From Vulcanimicrobiota bacterium (GTDB lineage Bacteria; Vulcanimicrobiota; Xenobia; Xenobiales; JADMJV01): a stretch of DNA of 64,000 nucleotides. Shown piece by piece: positions 36,276 through 46,381 of the stretch. The stretch spans positions 3,488,149-3,552,148 of the forward strand of contig JBFWNU010000001.1 in assembly GCA_050250895.1 (NCBI GenBank), written 5' to 3'. Numbering within the stretch: the first letter of the stretch is position 1; each line of letters begins with the position of its first letter. Made by a program: the position numbers and the translations under genes. The notes under the pieces were generated by a model. It searched no databases. It was not told the DNA's origin and saw only the letters and a program-made list of their open reading frames with translations.

Positions 36276-37610
36276 ATGGGTCCACTACGCGTCAAGCTCT
36301 TTTTCACTAGCGATGAGCATGGTTATTTGGCCACGGCCGGCGCCATCGACAGGGTGGTGAACGAAGCTCGTTCGAAAGATCCCGATGGGGTCTTGTTCGT
36401 CTCCTGTGGGGATGTCTTCCAGGGAGCCTCTATCTCGGAGTTGCAGGACGGCAAGCCCGCCCTCGAGGTGCTGGGGGCAGCCCGCTATGATGTGGTCGAG
36501 GTCGGTAACCATGACTTCGACCGCGGGGTGAACTACATCAAAGATTGGATCGGCTCGGCCGAGTATCCGGTATTGGCCGCCAACGTGGTGGAGCAAGCGT
36601 CTGGTCAGCGTCTGGCCGGGACCAGGGGTCACCTCATCCGGGAGGTCAACGGTGTCAAGGTCGGCCTGGTGGGAGTGGTGACTCCCGAGACGGCTACCGT
36701 CAGCTACGCCGAGAATGTGCGGGGGCTGCGCTTTGAAGACCCGGTCGAGACGGTGCGCCGAGAGGTGGCCGAACTCAAGGCCGAAGGGGCCGAGGTGATT
36801 GGCGTGCTCAGCCATCTGGGCAGTACCGACGATGAGGTGTTGGCCCGGCAGGTTCCGGTCGACTTCATTCTGGGCGGGCACACTCATGAGGCCTTTCACG
36901 AGCCCAAGCACGTCAACGGCGTATTGATCTGTCAACCCGGGGCTTATCGCAAGTATCTTGGGTCACTCGAGCTCGAGGTCGACCCCGCCACCCGCAAGGT
37001 GACCGGCCACCACCATCAGTTGCTCGAGGTCGAGGCTCAAGAAACCGACTCAGAGGTGAGTGCGCTGGTGCGCCGCTATCGCGAGCGGGTCGAGCAAGCT
37101 ACCGGTCAGGTGGTCAGCTACGCCGACGGGGAATTGGTCCACAGCCACACCCAGGGGGGCAGTCTTGACGACGCGGTCGGGCAGGCCATGCTAGAACAAA
37201 CCGGCGCCGATGTGGCTCTCTTCAATCGTAAGCTGATTCGGGCCAATCTTCCCGGCGGCGAGCTCACCGCCGGAGCTCTGCTCAATGCCCTGCCTTTCGA
37301 TAATCGAGTGGTGACCATCGAGTTGACCCGCCAGCAGTTCGAGCAGGCCATGGCTAAAAGTGCCGATTATGGAGATCACCGCAGCCTGGTTCGCACCGAG
37401 GCCGGTCGACCGCTGGGTGAGACGATTCGAGTCGCCACCACCGACTTTCTGGCCCAGGGTGGCAACGGCTATTTCCAGGTCGTCAATAGCGCTTCGCACG
37501 GGATCGTGCGCGATGTGCTCGAGGGCCACCTGGATCGGGCCGCAGCCCGCCTGGGGTTGAGCTTGCCCAACCTCAACGCCATCGATGTCTTCCGCACCCT
37601 CAAAGGTTGA
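36276..37610 (+). CDS. 5'-nucleotidase / bifunctional metallophosphoesterase, no signal peptide
   Basis: TSDEHG, GDVFQG, GNHDFD, LSHLG, GGHTH, LPFDN, TDFLAQGGNGY. Confidence 0.9.
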   Translation: MGPLRVKLFFTSDEHGYLATAGAIDRVVNEARSKDPDGVLFVSCGDVFQGASISELQDGKPALEVLGAARYDVVEVGNHDFDRGVNYIKDWIGSAEYPVLAANVVEQASGQRLAGTRGHLIREVNGVKVGLVGVVTPETATVSYAENVRGLRFEDPVETVRREVAELKAEGAEVIGVLSHLGSTDDEVLARQVPVDFILGGHTHEAFHEPKHVNGVLICQPGAYRKYLGSLELEVDPATRKVTGHHHQLLEVEAQETDSEVSALVRRYRERVEQATGQVVSYADGELVHSHTQGGSLDDAVGQAMLEQTGADVALFNRKLIRANLPGGELTAGALLNALPFDNRVVTIELTRQQFEQAMAKSADYGDHRSLVRTEAGRPLGETIRVATTDFLAQGGNGYFQVVNSASHGIVRDVLEGHLDRAAARLGLSLPNLNAIDVFRTLKG

Positions 37611-37683
37611 ACGTTCATAACTCGGTAATGTTTGGCTAACAGTGGCTGCCTAGAGTGAGGGCAGGTTCCAGCCTGCGCTCCCG

Positions 37684-38679
37684 ATGGAGGCAGCTTTGAA
37701 GATCAACCCCGCCCTGACGGGCAAAGTCACCACCGTGGCCGAAGGCCGGGTCGGACGCCCCGACCTTTCAGGCGACGGCCGCACCGTCGTCTATCAAGAC
37801 ATGGTGCAAGACACGGCCGAGATCATGCGTTGGCGCGACGGACAGAGCGAGCAGCTCACCCACGACCGCTTTCCCGATGCCTGGGCCAGAACCAACCGCG
37901 ACGGCTCGACCGTGGTCTGGTGCCGTTTTAGCGCCGAGAGTCCGGCCGACGAGAGCGGACAGTGGGATGTGGTTCGCTGGCACGACGGTCAGGCCGAGTT
38001 CGTGGCCAACGGGCCGGGCAACGAGATGTCGGCCCAGGTTTCGGCCGACGGCCGGGTGGTCGTGTGGGATGACGACGGCGACGGAACCTTCAACCAGTGG
38101 AACATCGGCCGTTGGCAAGACGGCCAGCGTGAGAACGTCACTTCCGGGCCGGGCCTCAAACAGTTTCCGGTGCTGTCGGGCGACGGTCAACGGCTGGTCT
38201 TTCGCCGTGAGCACGAGGGCAAATCAAACTACTGGCTGCGTGACGAGGTCGGGGTGGTCAAGCCCCTGCTGGCAGGTGACTTCTCGAGCGCCAGTCTCAA
38301 CCATGACGGAAGCCTGATGGTCTACACCGACCACTCTAAAGCCGACGAGGACCTGTTCGTGCTGCACGAGCGCGATATGAGCCGGCACCTCGTGGCCGGC
38401 GAGCGTGAGGTCGACGAGACCTGGGCCAGCCTCTCGGCCGATGGTCAGACGGTAGCCTGGACCAACTTCGACCGCCGCAAGGGCAATCCGGCCGATACCA
38501 ACATCCTGGTGCGGCGGGGCGACCAGCAGGTGCAGGTGACCTTTGATGACGGCGGCCTCAACGCCATGCCCAAGCTGTCCGAGGACGGCAACACCCTGCT
38601 CTGGTACTGGGTCGATAAGGACGATAGCGCCCATCGCAAGATTCTCAAAGCGGATCTGAGCAACCTGTTCGAGAACTAA
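37684..38679 (+). CDS. TolB-like beta-propeller repeat protein
   Basis: Repeated PxLSxDGxxVV units. Confidence 0.75.
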   Translation: MEAALKINPALTGKVTTVAEGRVGRPDLSGDGRTVVYQDMVQDTAEIMRWRDGQSEQLTHDRFPDAWARTNRDGSTVVWCRFSAESPADESGQWDVVRWHDGQAEFVANGPGNEMSAQVSADGRVVVWDDDGDGTFNQWNIGRWQDGQRENVTSGPGLKQFPVLSGDGQRLVFRREHEGKSNYWLRDEVGVVKPLLAGDFSSASLNHDGSLMVYTDHSKADEDLFVLHERDMSRHLVAGEREVDETWASLSADGQTVAWTNFDRRKGNPADTNILVRRGDQQVQVTFDDGGLNAMPKLSEDGNTLLWYWVDKDDSAHRKILKADLSNLFEN

Positions 38680-38686
38680 CCGCGCC

Positions 38687-39754
38687 ATGCAGCGCCTCGC
38701 CTGGATTCTCTGGCTGTTGACGGCCGTGGCCTGGGCTGACCCGGGTCGCGAGCTGTTGCGCAAATATCCCCTGATCGACGGCCACAACGACACGCCCTGG
38801 CAGTATCGCAAGCGGGTCAATAGCGACCTCGAGCGCATCGATTTGGCGCGCAGCACGGCCGGTATCGGCATGCAGACCGACCTGCCCCGGCTACGAAAAG
38901 GCGGGTTGGGGGCTCAGTTCTGGTCGATTTATCTGCCCAACGATGTGGCCAATCCCGTCCAGGCCTTCCGCAATCAGCTGGCTCTGGCTCGCCGTTTGGT
39001 GGCGCGTTATCCCGACCTCGAGCAGGCGCTGGATGCTGACGACATCGTGCGCATTCATCGTCAAGGCCGCATCGCCTCGCTCTATGGCCTCGAGGGTGGC
39101 CACGCCCTGGGCGGTGATGTAGCCCAGGTGGGCGTGCTCTATGGTCTGGGGGCGCGCTATCTGACCCTGACCCACACCCGCAGCAACGAACTGGCCGACT
39201 CTTCCGAGGGGCCTCGCCTGCACGGGGGGTTGTCCAAGGTGGGACGCCAGGTCGTCGTCGAGATGAATCTTCTGGGGATGCTCGTCGACCTGTCTCATGT
39301 CTCGGACGAGACCATGCGTGACGTGCTGGAACTGTCGAGCCGGCCGGTGGTGTTCACCCATTCCAATGTCCGGGCTCTGTGCAACCACCAGCGCAACGTG
39401 CCTGATGACGTGCTGCTAAAGTTGCGCGCCAACGGCGGCGTCATCATGGTGAGCTTCGTGCCCAGCTTCGTTTCGGAAGAGGTGCGCACCCAGCGTGCTC
39501 AGAGGGCGACCCTCGACCAGGTGGCTGACCACATCGACTATCTCAGAGAACTGATCGGGGTTGACCACATTGGCATCGGCTCGGACTTTGACGGAATCGA
39601 CCGGGGCCCGGTGGGCTTAGAAGACGTGTCCCGCTTTCCGGCCCTGGTCAACGAGTTGCTCAAGAGGGGATACAGCGAAGAGGAGCTGGCCAAGATCCTG
39701 GGGGGAAACCTGTTGCGAGTGTTGCGTGCCCAGGCCCACACCGGTCCAGGTTAG
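38687..39754 (+). CDS. Membrane dipeptidase (M19), exported
   Basis: IDGHND, LEGGH, LTLTH, DLSH, THSN, DHID, GSDFDG. Confidence 0.93.
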   Translation: MQRLAWILWLLTAVAWADPGRELLRKYPLIDGHNDTPWQYRKRVNSDLERIDLARSTAGIGMQTDLPRLRKGGLGAQFWSIYLPNDVANPVQAFRNQLALARRLVARYPDLEQALDADDIVRIHRQGRIASLYGLEGGHALGGDVAQVGVLYGLGARYLTLTHTRSNELADSSEGPRLHGGLSKVGRQVVVEMNLLGMLVDLSHVSDETMRDVLELSSRPVVFTHSNVRALCNHQRNVPDDVLLKLRANGGVIMVSFVPSFVSEEVRTQRAQRATLDQVADHIDYLRELIGVDHIGIGSDFDGIDRGPVGLEDVSRFPALVNELLKRGYSEEELAKILGGNLLRVLRAQAHTGPG

Positions 39755-40074
39755 GCGGCGTTGGCCACCCACCAGCCCATGATCTCGAGGTCTGGCTGTT
39801 CGTCCCGAAAGCGCACCCCCACCACCTGACGCTCGCCACCCAGGCCCTGGGTCCAGGCCACTTGGCCGCGCACGCGCAACTCGCCGGTGGAGAAGGTCAG
39901 ATCGAATTCGATCTCTTCGCCTTTGGTGACGGGACCCTGAAGAACTGCTCTCATCCCGGTGCGAGAAACGTCGATGGCCATGCTGCGGCGTCCTTCGAAG
40001 TCGAATTCGCAGTTGACGGCATAGCGGGTGGCGTTGCGGCGGTTACTGAGGTTGAGCAGGTTGGTCTCTCGCAT
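39751..40074 (-). CDS. PilZ domain protein
   Basis: NRRNATR and DVSRTG motifs; GVRF. Confidence 0.85.
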   Translation of the reverse strand: MRETNLLNLSNRRNATRYAVNCEFDFEGRRSMAIDVSRTGMRAVLQGPVTKGEEIEFDLTFSTGELRVRGQVAWTQGLGGERQVVGVRFRDEQPDLEIMGWWVANAA

Positions 40075-40289
40075 TGGCAGCTCCTTCTTCTGCTTAACTC
40101 CCTCCTTTGTAACAATTTGACTAGGGTAAAAGTGGAGCTGTTTGTTAAAAGTTTGTTGCCAAAAAATGGCCTTCCAGATTGCAGCATTCTTTGGTTAGAA
40201 GGGTTTTGGGCGGCAGGGGGTGTTACAAAATGTCGCAAGATTTGTAAATTCTTGCCGAAGCCGCGCTGAAAAAGTTAAAATCTCGCGGC

Positions 40290-42188
40290 TTAGAATCCCC
40301 AGCTCGGGTCCAGGTCCTCGACCGAGTTCTGGGTCAGACGACGACGGTTGCTTCCATCGGCATTCATGATGTAGATCTCATGGTTGCCGTCTTCGTCGCT
40401 GACGAAGGCAATCTGGGCACCATCGGGGCTAAAGACCGGTTGCGTATCTTCGCTCGCGGTGTTGCTGAGCCGGACGGGCAAGGTGGGGCTCAGCACCGGG
40501 ACCGAGTAGGTCTCGGCGTTGCCATCGCGATAAGAAGTAAAGACCACCGACGGATTAGTCTGGCTGCCGTCAAAGCTCGGACTGGTGTCTCGGGCGGGGC
40601 TGGTGGCCACCACGAACTCTACCCCGGTCTCGAGATTAAGCACGAAGATCTCTTCGTTACCCGCCACGACGCGGGAAAAACAGACGAGATCCCCGCCGGC
40701 CGACAGCGACGGGTGGGCCTCGACCTCGGGGGTAGTCACCAGGGCTGTCTGGCCGCCGCCGTCGCGGTCCATCACCCAGATGTCGTCATTCTTGACGAAG
40801 ACGACGGCGTCGCCGTCTTGAGACGCAAAGGGCTGGGTTCCGTCGACCAGAGTCTGGGGGGCAAACTCGAAAAGGTTGTCGACCAGAATTTGAGGAGAGC
40901 CGTTACGACCAGAGACATAGTAGATTCGATTGCGCTGCCAGCTGATGGATGGCTGGTTCTCGGCCGACCCGGCTTCGGACACGTTGCGAACGGCGGTGCC
41001 GTCCCAGTTCATGACGAAGGCTTCCCAGTCCCCGGTTCGGTTCGTGGTAAAGTAGATCTTCCCGGTCGGGATCATGGCCACCTTGGGTGAGGCCGCAGCC
41101 GACAGAGCCACCGACCGGCCAGCTTCATCCTCGACCGTGCAGGTGAAGACGAACCGATCTCCGTCAGAGGCCCCCACCGGTGGCCGCCAGACCCAGTGGG
41201 TTTCCCACTGCCGATCCTCTTCGACCCAGTCCATGCGCTTGCGCCCAGAGTCGGCGAAGGTTCCGCCGTCGGCCCGGGCCGAGCAGTAGAGAGGACCCCC
41301 GTCGGGGTCGCTGGCGCGCACCAAAATAGTGGCGTAGCCACTCACCGGAACGGTCGTGTCGACCCCGGCCGGCACGGTCGAGGCCACCTGCGAGGGCAGC
41401 ACGTCCATGAGGTCGATGACCGGTGGGGCAGTGCCTGGCCCTGACAAGGCCGGAGGCGACGCCACCGCTAACCCGAGGCTAGCGGTATCAGGCACCGAGC
41501 CGGCCTTCACCCCGGTCGAGACGGCCACGCCGCCGGCCGGCGAAATACTGACGGTGTAGGCGTGGCCAGCTGCGTCCAGCTGGAAATAGTTGGGCCCCAC
41601 CGTGGTGGCCGGACTGCCGCCGGGCGAGCCGGCGGGCGAGGCCTCGAGGCCGCTGGCCACCAGCACGTGAAACTCTCCGTCGAAGCTGACCAGATCGTTG
41701 GTGTGAACGGCTCCGTCGGGCGTAAACAAGAAGACGTAGTCGCCGTTTCCGCCAGACAGCCAGCCGCTGACGGTGACCGGGCCCTGTTTGGCGCCCAGCT
41801 CGCCCTGCCCGATCCTGGGGGTAGCCGAAGGCTGGCGCAGGTTGGCCGGGTTCACGTTCCAGTAGCCGTTGAAGATGGCCGCACCGCCGTGCTCTCTGCC
41901 AAGGTCGACCACCCGCACGATCCGGGGCTGCTCGCCTTCGAGCAGGTAGAACGACTGGCTGACCGGAGTGTTGCCGTTGTTGCTGGGGAAGGCGATACCG
42001 ATGGGTCGACCGTCGGCCACCGCCCGCTGTCGAGCTAGCTTGAACTCGCTAGCGAGCAACTCGGCCACCGCCCGAGAATCCATCGACCGCGGCGAGCGAG
42101 AAATCTGGCGGAGCCCCATCCCCAATACCAGGGTGAGGAGGGCACAAGCCACCAGGAGCTCGACAATGCTGAACCCCCTGCGCATCAT
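40290..42188 (-). CDS. FimU/GspH-like prepilin fused to a C-terminal TolB/PD40 beta-propeller
   Basis: RRG|FSIVELLV class III signal; ARQRAV; C-terminal PVFSPDG..IAFVS..DGNHEIYIMNADGS repeats. Confidence 0.85.
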   Translation of the reverse strand: MMRRGFSIVELLVACALLTLVLGMGLRQISRSPRSMDSRAVAELLASEFKLARQRAVADGRPIGIAFPSNNGNTPVSQSFYLLEGEQPRIVRVVDLGREHGGAAIFNGYWNVNPANLRQPSATPRIGQGELGAKQGPVTVSGWLSGGNGDYVFLFTPDGAVHTNDLVSFDGEFHVLVASGLEASPAGSPGGSPATTVGPNYFQLDAAGHAYTVSISPAGGVAVSTGVKAGSVPDTASLGLAVASPPALSGPGTAPPVIDLMDVLPSQVASTVPAGVDTTVPVSGYATILVRASDPDGGPLYCSARADGGTFADSGRKRMDWVEEDRQWETHWVWRPPVGASDGDRFVFTCTVEDEAGRSVALSAAASPKVAMIPTGKIYFTTNRTGDWEAFVMNWDGTAVRNVSEAGSAENQPSISWQRNRIYYVSGRNGSPQILVDNLFEFAPQTLVDGTQPFASQDGDAVVFVKNDDIWVMDRDGGGQTALVTTPEVEAHPSLSAGGDLVCFSRVVAGNEEIFVLNLETGVEFVVATSPARDTSPSFDGSQTNPSVVFTSYRDGNAETYSVPVLSPTLPVRLSNTASEDTQPVFSPDGAQIAFVSDEDGNHEIYIMNADGSNRRRLTQNSVEDLDPSWGF

Positions 42189-42229
42189 CCGTGGATCTTC
42201 CCCGGGCTGGTTCGATTAACCTGCCAGCC

Positions 42230-42721
42230 CTACAGTCCGCCCAGCTCGCGCCAGACCAAGAATTCGTAGCGGCGGGGGTTGGCGAGGCTCAAATTCTGGT
42301 GGTCGTGTTCGGCGATGTCGAGTTCAGCATAGATCTCGCAGCGACCCAGCGGCGCTTCGCGGGGGCCCGCACTACCCACCGAGCGGATGCGCCAGACTCC
42401 GTAAGGCTCTCGCATGAATTGGCGGTCGATCGAGACGGTGTAGGTGCCGAGAAAGGTCGTGCCGTCAGTATCGAAGACATCTTCGGAATAAACGAAAATT
42501 TGCTGTTCATCGGCATTACGAGGAGGAAAGTCGTAATCTTTGATGGCCTTGAGTCGCAGGTCCTCCAGGCCGGCCTCGGCCAGGGCCCTGGCCTGGGCGG
42601 CCGCGCCGGCTCGCTCGGCGGCCCGATATTCGGCCGCCCGTTTGCCTAGAAAGGCCAGACCGATCACGAACAAGAGGCCCAACACCATCAGGCAAGCGAT
42701 GAGGGTCGAGCCGCGTCTCAA
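42230..42721 (-). CDS. PilX/GspK-like minor pilin
   Basis: RRG|STLIACL lacking E5; QARALAEAGLE; IRSVG; TTG overlaps the upstream stop. Confidence 0.75.
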   Translation of the reverse strand: MRRGSTLIACLMVLGLLFVIGLAFLGKRAAEYRAAERAGAAAQARALAEAGLEDLRLKAIKDYDFPPRNADEQQIFVYSEDVFDTDGTTFLGTYTVSIDRQFMREPYGVWRIRSVGSAGPREAPLGRCEIYAELDIAEHDHQNLSLANPRRYEFLVWRELGGL

Positions 42722-43257
42722 GGCAACATCCTCAGGCTGCGAGTTTGCAGGCTGACGACCCGTCCCTGTTGGGTGACCGACAGGATGATCTCGAGTTCTC
42801 CCTCGCCCAGGTTGCGGCATGAAAAGCCACTGATGCCGGTGGCCAGCAGTTGCTCGGAGGTCTGGCCGCCGACGGTGATTTTTCGATAGAAGTTGGCGTT
42901 GTCGGCATAGTAGGCCACCTCGACCCGCTGGGGTATCGGCACCCAGCTCGAAGGGAGCGGGGTTGGCAGCGCGCTGGGGAAGCGCAGGTCGTCATCGGGG
43001 TGGGGCTTGCGAAAGCGCAGCTCAGAGACCCAGCCACTAGACCCGTCGCCGGGCGAGAGCCGTTCGACGGCCTCGCGATATTCCAGTCTTACCCGGTCGA
43101 GGGCTATCTGGGCTGATTCGGTAACACGCTCGCGGGTGCTGGCTGCCCGCGTGACCATGGAGTATTCCCGAAACAGATCGCCGACCACGCCCAGGACGAC
43201 GAAGACCAGGCCGAGGGTGACCAGCATCTCGAGGATGGTAAGGCCACGTCGCCTCAT
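42718..43257 (-). CDS. PilW/GspJ-like minor pilin
   Basis: RRRG|LTILEMLV; ATGA overlap. Confidence 0.8.
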   Translation of the reverse strand: MRRRGLTILEMLVTLGLVFVVLGVVGDLFREYSMVTRAASTRERVTESAQIALDRVRLEYREAVERLSPGDGSSGWVSELRFRKPHPDDDLRFPSALPTPLPSSWVPIPQRVEVAYYADNANFYRKITVGGQTSEQLLATGISGFSCRNLGEGELEIILSVTQQGRVVSLQTRSLRMLP

Positions 43258-44039
43258 GGACCGGCCCCCAGCGTGATGTCGGGGCCGAAGCCGACGTATT
43301 CGGTGCCTCGGTAAAGGCAAATGGCCACCATGCGGATGCTCCCGCCCAGATATTCTGGGCCGGTATCGCCGGAAGTCTCGTTTTTGAAAGTGGCTAAAGA
43401 CCCGGCCCGGTTGCTCCACCACTCTCCGTCACCGTTGCTCGAGTCGAGATCCCAGGCGAAAAAGACGTCGCGAATGGGGACTCCGTTGGCATCGAGCAGT
43501 TCGGCCGTAAAACTGATGGTGGCTCCCGGGGGCAAAGGACTGGTGTTGGGACCCACGACCGAAACGGCGATGGGGCCCGGGGTCTTAACTTCACGCGACG
43601 GGTCGCAAATGAGGGTGACCAGCGAGAGCGTGCCACCTTCATAGTCGACCGTGACCTTGACCTTCTTGGTGGATTCGTCGAGGTTTTTGGGTTCGCTCTC
43701 GATGGACTCGAACGAGGTCGAGGCCGAATAGATCGGATGGTCCACCACCTCGACGCTCGTGACGAAGCCGGGGTTGAGCGGGTCGGGGCCGCTGGCGCCG
43801 TCGTAGAGCGACCAGTCGTCGAAGTGATAGGCGCCCGAGCGGCGCCGCGACCATGCCTTGATTTCATCGAGTTTGCGCTGAGCGATGGTGGCCGCCAACT
43901 GGCGGCGCTCGATGCGGTTGACCAACCCGAGGCTGCGATGAAACAGCCCGAACAAGATCATCATGGCGGCGATCAACACGAAGATCGCCACCACCGTCTC
44001 CACCAGGCCTAGCCCCCGCCGCCCGCAACGCAAACTCAC
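43254..44039 (-). CDS. PilV/GspI-like minor pilin with extra Ig-like C-terminal domain
   Basis: RRG|LGLVETVVA; IAQRKLDEI; KKVKVTV. Confidence 0.8.
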   Translation of the reverse strand: MSLRCGRRGLGLVETVVAIFVLIAAMMILFGLFHRSLGLVNRIERRQLAATIAQRKLDEIKAWSRRRSGAYHFDDWSLYDGASGPDPLNPGFVTSVEVVDHPIYSASTSFESIESEPKNLDESTKKVKVTVDYEGGTLSLVTLICDPSREVKTPGPIAVSVVGPNTSPLPPGATISFTAELLDANGVPIRDVFFAWDLDSSNGDGEWWSNRAGSLATFKNETSGDTGPEYLGGSIRMVAICLYRGTEYVGFGPDITLGAGP

Positions 44040-44071
44040 ACAAATAGCCTATCAGATAGCCGCAGGATTTG

Positions 44072-44560
44072 CTACGGAGACGGCTGTGCTTCTGCTTCGC
44101 CCGGCGTCTCGTCTCCGGCCGGGGGCAGCTCTTTCTTCACCCAGGCGGTATAGATCTTTCGGTTGTTTTCTTCATTCGACTCGGCGATGACCTTGTCGGG
44201 GTCGACGATCACCAACAGGCGGACCGAGTCGGAATTGGTGACCTCGACCCCGGCGAATTCGGCGGGACGCTTTTCGTTCTTGTCGAGCCCGTCGATTTCG
44301 ACGCTTTGCGAGGTCCGCTCGCCGGTGCTCTGAATCACCACCAGCTCCACCTTGATTTTTTGCTCAACCCGTCCCTCCGCTGGATTCTCGATAGTGGCCA
44401 CCACTTTGTTGGCGGGACCGAGGGTGACTCCTTCGGGGGCGACGATGCGACCGATTACGAGGTCTGGTTGGGGGGTTGGCTTGGGTTGCTCTTCTTCGGC
44501 CAGGGCCGAACCGCTGAGCAGGCTCAGCAAGCAAAACGAGGCGATAGCAAATTTGACCAT
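44072..44560 (-). CDS. Exported CARDB domain protein
   Basis: Signal peptide; PDLVI..IEN..VDPDKVIAESNEENN. Confidence 0.85.
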   Translation of the reverse strand: MVKFAIASFCLLSLLSGSALAEEEQPKPTPQPDLVIGRIVAPEGVTLGPANKVVATIENPAEGRVEQKIKVELVVIQSTGERTSQSVEIDGLDKNEKRPAEFAGVEVTNSDSVRLLVIVDPDKVIAESNEENNRKIYTAWVKKELPPAGDETPGEAEAQPSP

Positions 44561-44609
44561 GGGCTAGGGTTGGTCAGACGAGCCCGGTCTCCTTCAGTGG
44601 GGGGAGAGG

Positions 44610-45203
44610 TTATAGTTCGGTGACGCGGCGGGACTCGATGAAGCGCGCCAGCAAACCGCGCTCGGCGTCGCCCAGGTCGACAAAGCGCAAGCCGGCATGA
44701 AATCGGTCGTTGGCCTTCTGGGCGCACCAGCGGATTTCAGCCTGGCAAACGATGGCCGGCAGGTTGGCGTCGTCGAGATCGAGCGAGAGGGTCAGGCGGG
44801 CCCCGATTTCGAGCGGGGCTCCTAACACCATCCGGCAGCCGCCCGTGGAAATGTCTTCGGTGGTGCTGGTGAAGCCGGGCAATTCGTGCGAGACCACGCG
44901 CATCACCCGCTCGAGTCGTTCTTCGGTGCGCCGGTCGGCCAGCAGGGGCGAGTCGCCTTCGAGCTTGGCCCGATAAAGCTGCTGGGCGGGGTCGAACGAT
45001 TGGATATCGAGTTTGGTTCGGACCCGCCCGCGGGCGGTGTTGGCGCGCACGGTCACCGCGGCCAGGGGTAGCGCGCGGCGCGAACGAAACGAGACCAATC
45101 CGTCTTCGAAGGCAACGATGTCAACTTTGGGAGCGGGATGGAGCAGATTCTTCAGCAAGGCTTTCACAGCGGCACCTTCATTCTTCTGGGCTTGTACCAG
45201 CAT
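44610..45203 (-). CDS. PilZ domain protein with N-terminal domain
   Basis: DRRTEER, DISTGG, IRWC, GLRF; start may be GTG 45167. Confidence 0.85.
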   Translation of the reverse strand: MLVQAQKNEGAAVKALLKNLLHPAPKVDIVAFEDGLVSFRSRRALPLAAVTVRANTARGRVRTKLDIQSFDPAQQLYRAKLEGDSPLLADRRTEERLERVMRVVSHELPGFTSTTEDISTGGCRMVLGAPLEIGARLTLSLDLDDANLPAIVCQAEIRWCAQKANDRFHAGLRFVDLGDAERGLLARFIESRRVTEL

Positions 45204-45283
45204 AGCTGTCCCGCGCCCAAAGACACAGAAACGGCACTACTAAAGGCTTGCAGTAGATTCGTGCAGGGTCGCCCCCGGAGCCG

Positions 45284-46381
45284 ATGGAACAAACCGCCCT
45301 GTTGGTCGCACATTTGGACTATAGACCCGACTTATTGATCGTCGGCGCCGGGCTCATCGGGCTGGCCATCGCCTGGCGCTGCGCCCAACGCGATTTGAGA
45401 GTCGCCGTGGTCGATCCCGACCCCGGGCGCGGCGCCTCACGGGTGGGGGCCGGGCTGTTGCTGCGGGCTGGGGGAAGGATTTCGCGTCGCCACCTGGACC
45501 TCCGGCAGGCCTCGCTCGAGAGCTATCCGTCTTTCGTGGCCGAGCTCGAACAGGAAACGGGTCTCGACATCACCTTCAGTCAAACCGGCCTGCTGACGGT
45601 GGCCCTGGGCGAGAGCGCCCACCAGTCGTTGGAGGGGCTGGCCGGCTGCCTGCGGGGGTTGGGGGTGGACAACCGGCTATTAAAGGCAGACGAATGCCGG
45701 CGCCACGAGCCCGCCCTCAGTCCGGCTGTCGCCGCCGGCCTCTACACCCCGGACGCCCAGGTGGACCCCGAGCAGCTCCAGGCTGCTCTGGCAGCTGCTT
45801 GCCGAACTCGGGGGGTCACCGTGCTCGAGGCCACGGCTGTCCGGGTGGAGGCTGCCCAGGTGCAGTTGGATGACGGGCGCGAGTTGGAAGCCGGGCAGAC
45901 GCTGGTGGCGGCAGGCTGCTGGAGCGGTCAACTGCTGCCCGAGCTTGGGCTGTATCCGGTCAAGGGCGAGGTGGTCCACTTACGTGGCCCGGCCGACTTG
46001 CTACGGGCCAACCTGCAATGGCAACAGCAAGACCTGTATGTGGCCAACCGAGGCGACGGTCGTCTGGTCATCGGCGCCAGCGAGGAAGAGGTGGGCTTCG
46101 ACCGGCGCTCCACGGTGGGGGCGGTCAGCCGCTTGCTTCGGCAGGCGGCCGAGTTGGTGCCGGCGCTGGCGAGCTTCGAACTGATCGAGACCCGGGCCGG
46201 CCTCAGGCCCAAGGTGAGCGACGGTCTGCCCGTCCTCGGACGGATGCCCAACGGCGTGCTGGTGGCCACCGGCCATTACCGCAACGGCATCTTGCTGACG
46301 CCGGTCACGGCCGCTGCGATGGCCGACCTGGTGATCAGCGACCGCACCCAGCCGCTCATCGCGCCTTTCAGGCCGAGATAG
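45284..46381 (+). CDS. thiO: Glycine oxidase ThiO-like FAD oxidoreductase
   Basis: GAGLIG, GASRVGAGLL, PVKGE, AGLRP, TGHYRNGILL. Confidence 0.8.
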   Translation: MEQTALLVAHLDYRPDLLIVGAGLIGLAIAWRCAQRDLRVAVVDPDPGRGASRVGAGLLLRAGGRISRRHLDLRQASLESYPSFVAELEQETGLDITFSQTGLLTVALGESAHQSLEGLAGCLRGLGVDNRLLKADECRRHEPALSPAVAAGLYTPDAQVDPEQLQAALAAACRTRGVTVLEATAVRVEAAQVQLDDGRELEAGQTLVAAGCWSGQLLPELGLYPVKGEVVHLRGPADLLRANLQWQQQDLYVANRGDGRLVIGASEEEVGFDRRSTVGAVSRLLRQAAELVPALASFELIETRAGLRPKVSDGLPVLGRMPNGVLVATGHYRNGILLTPVTAAAMADLVISDRTQPLIAPFRPR

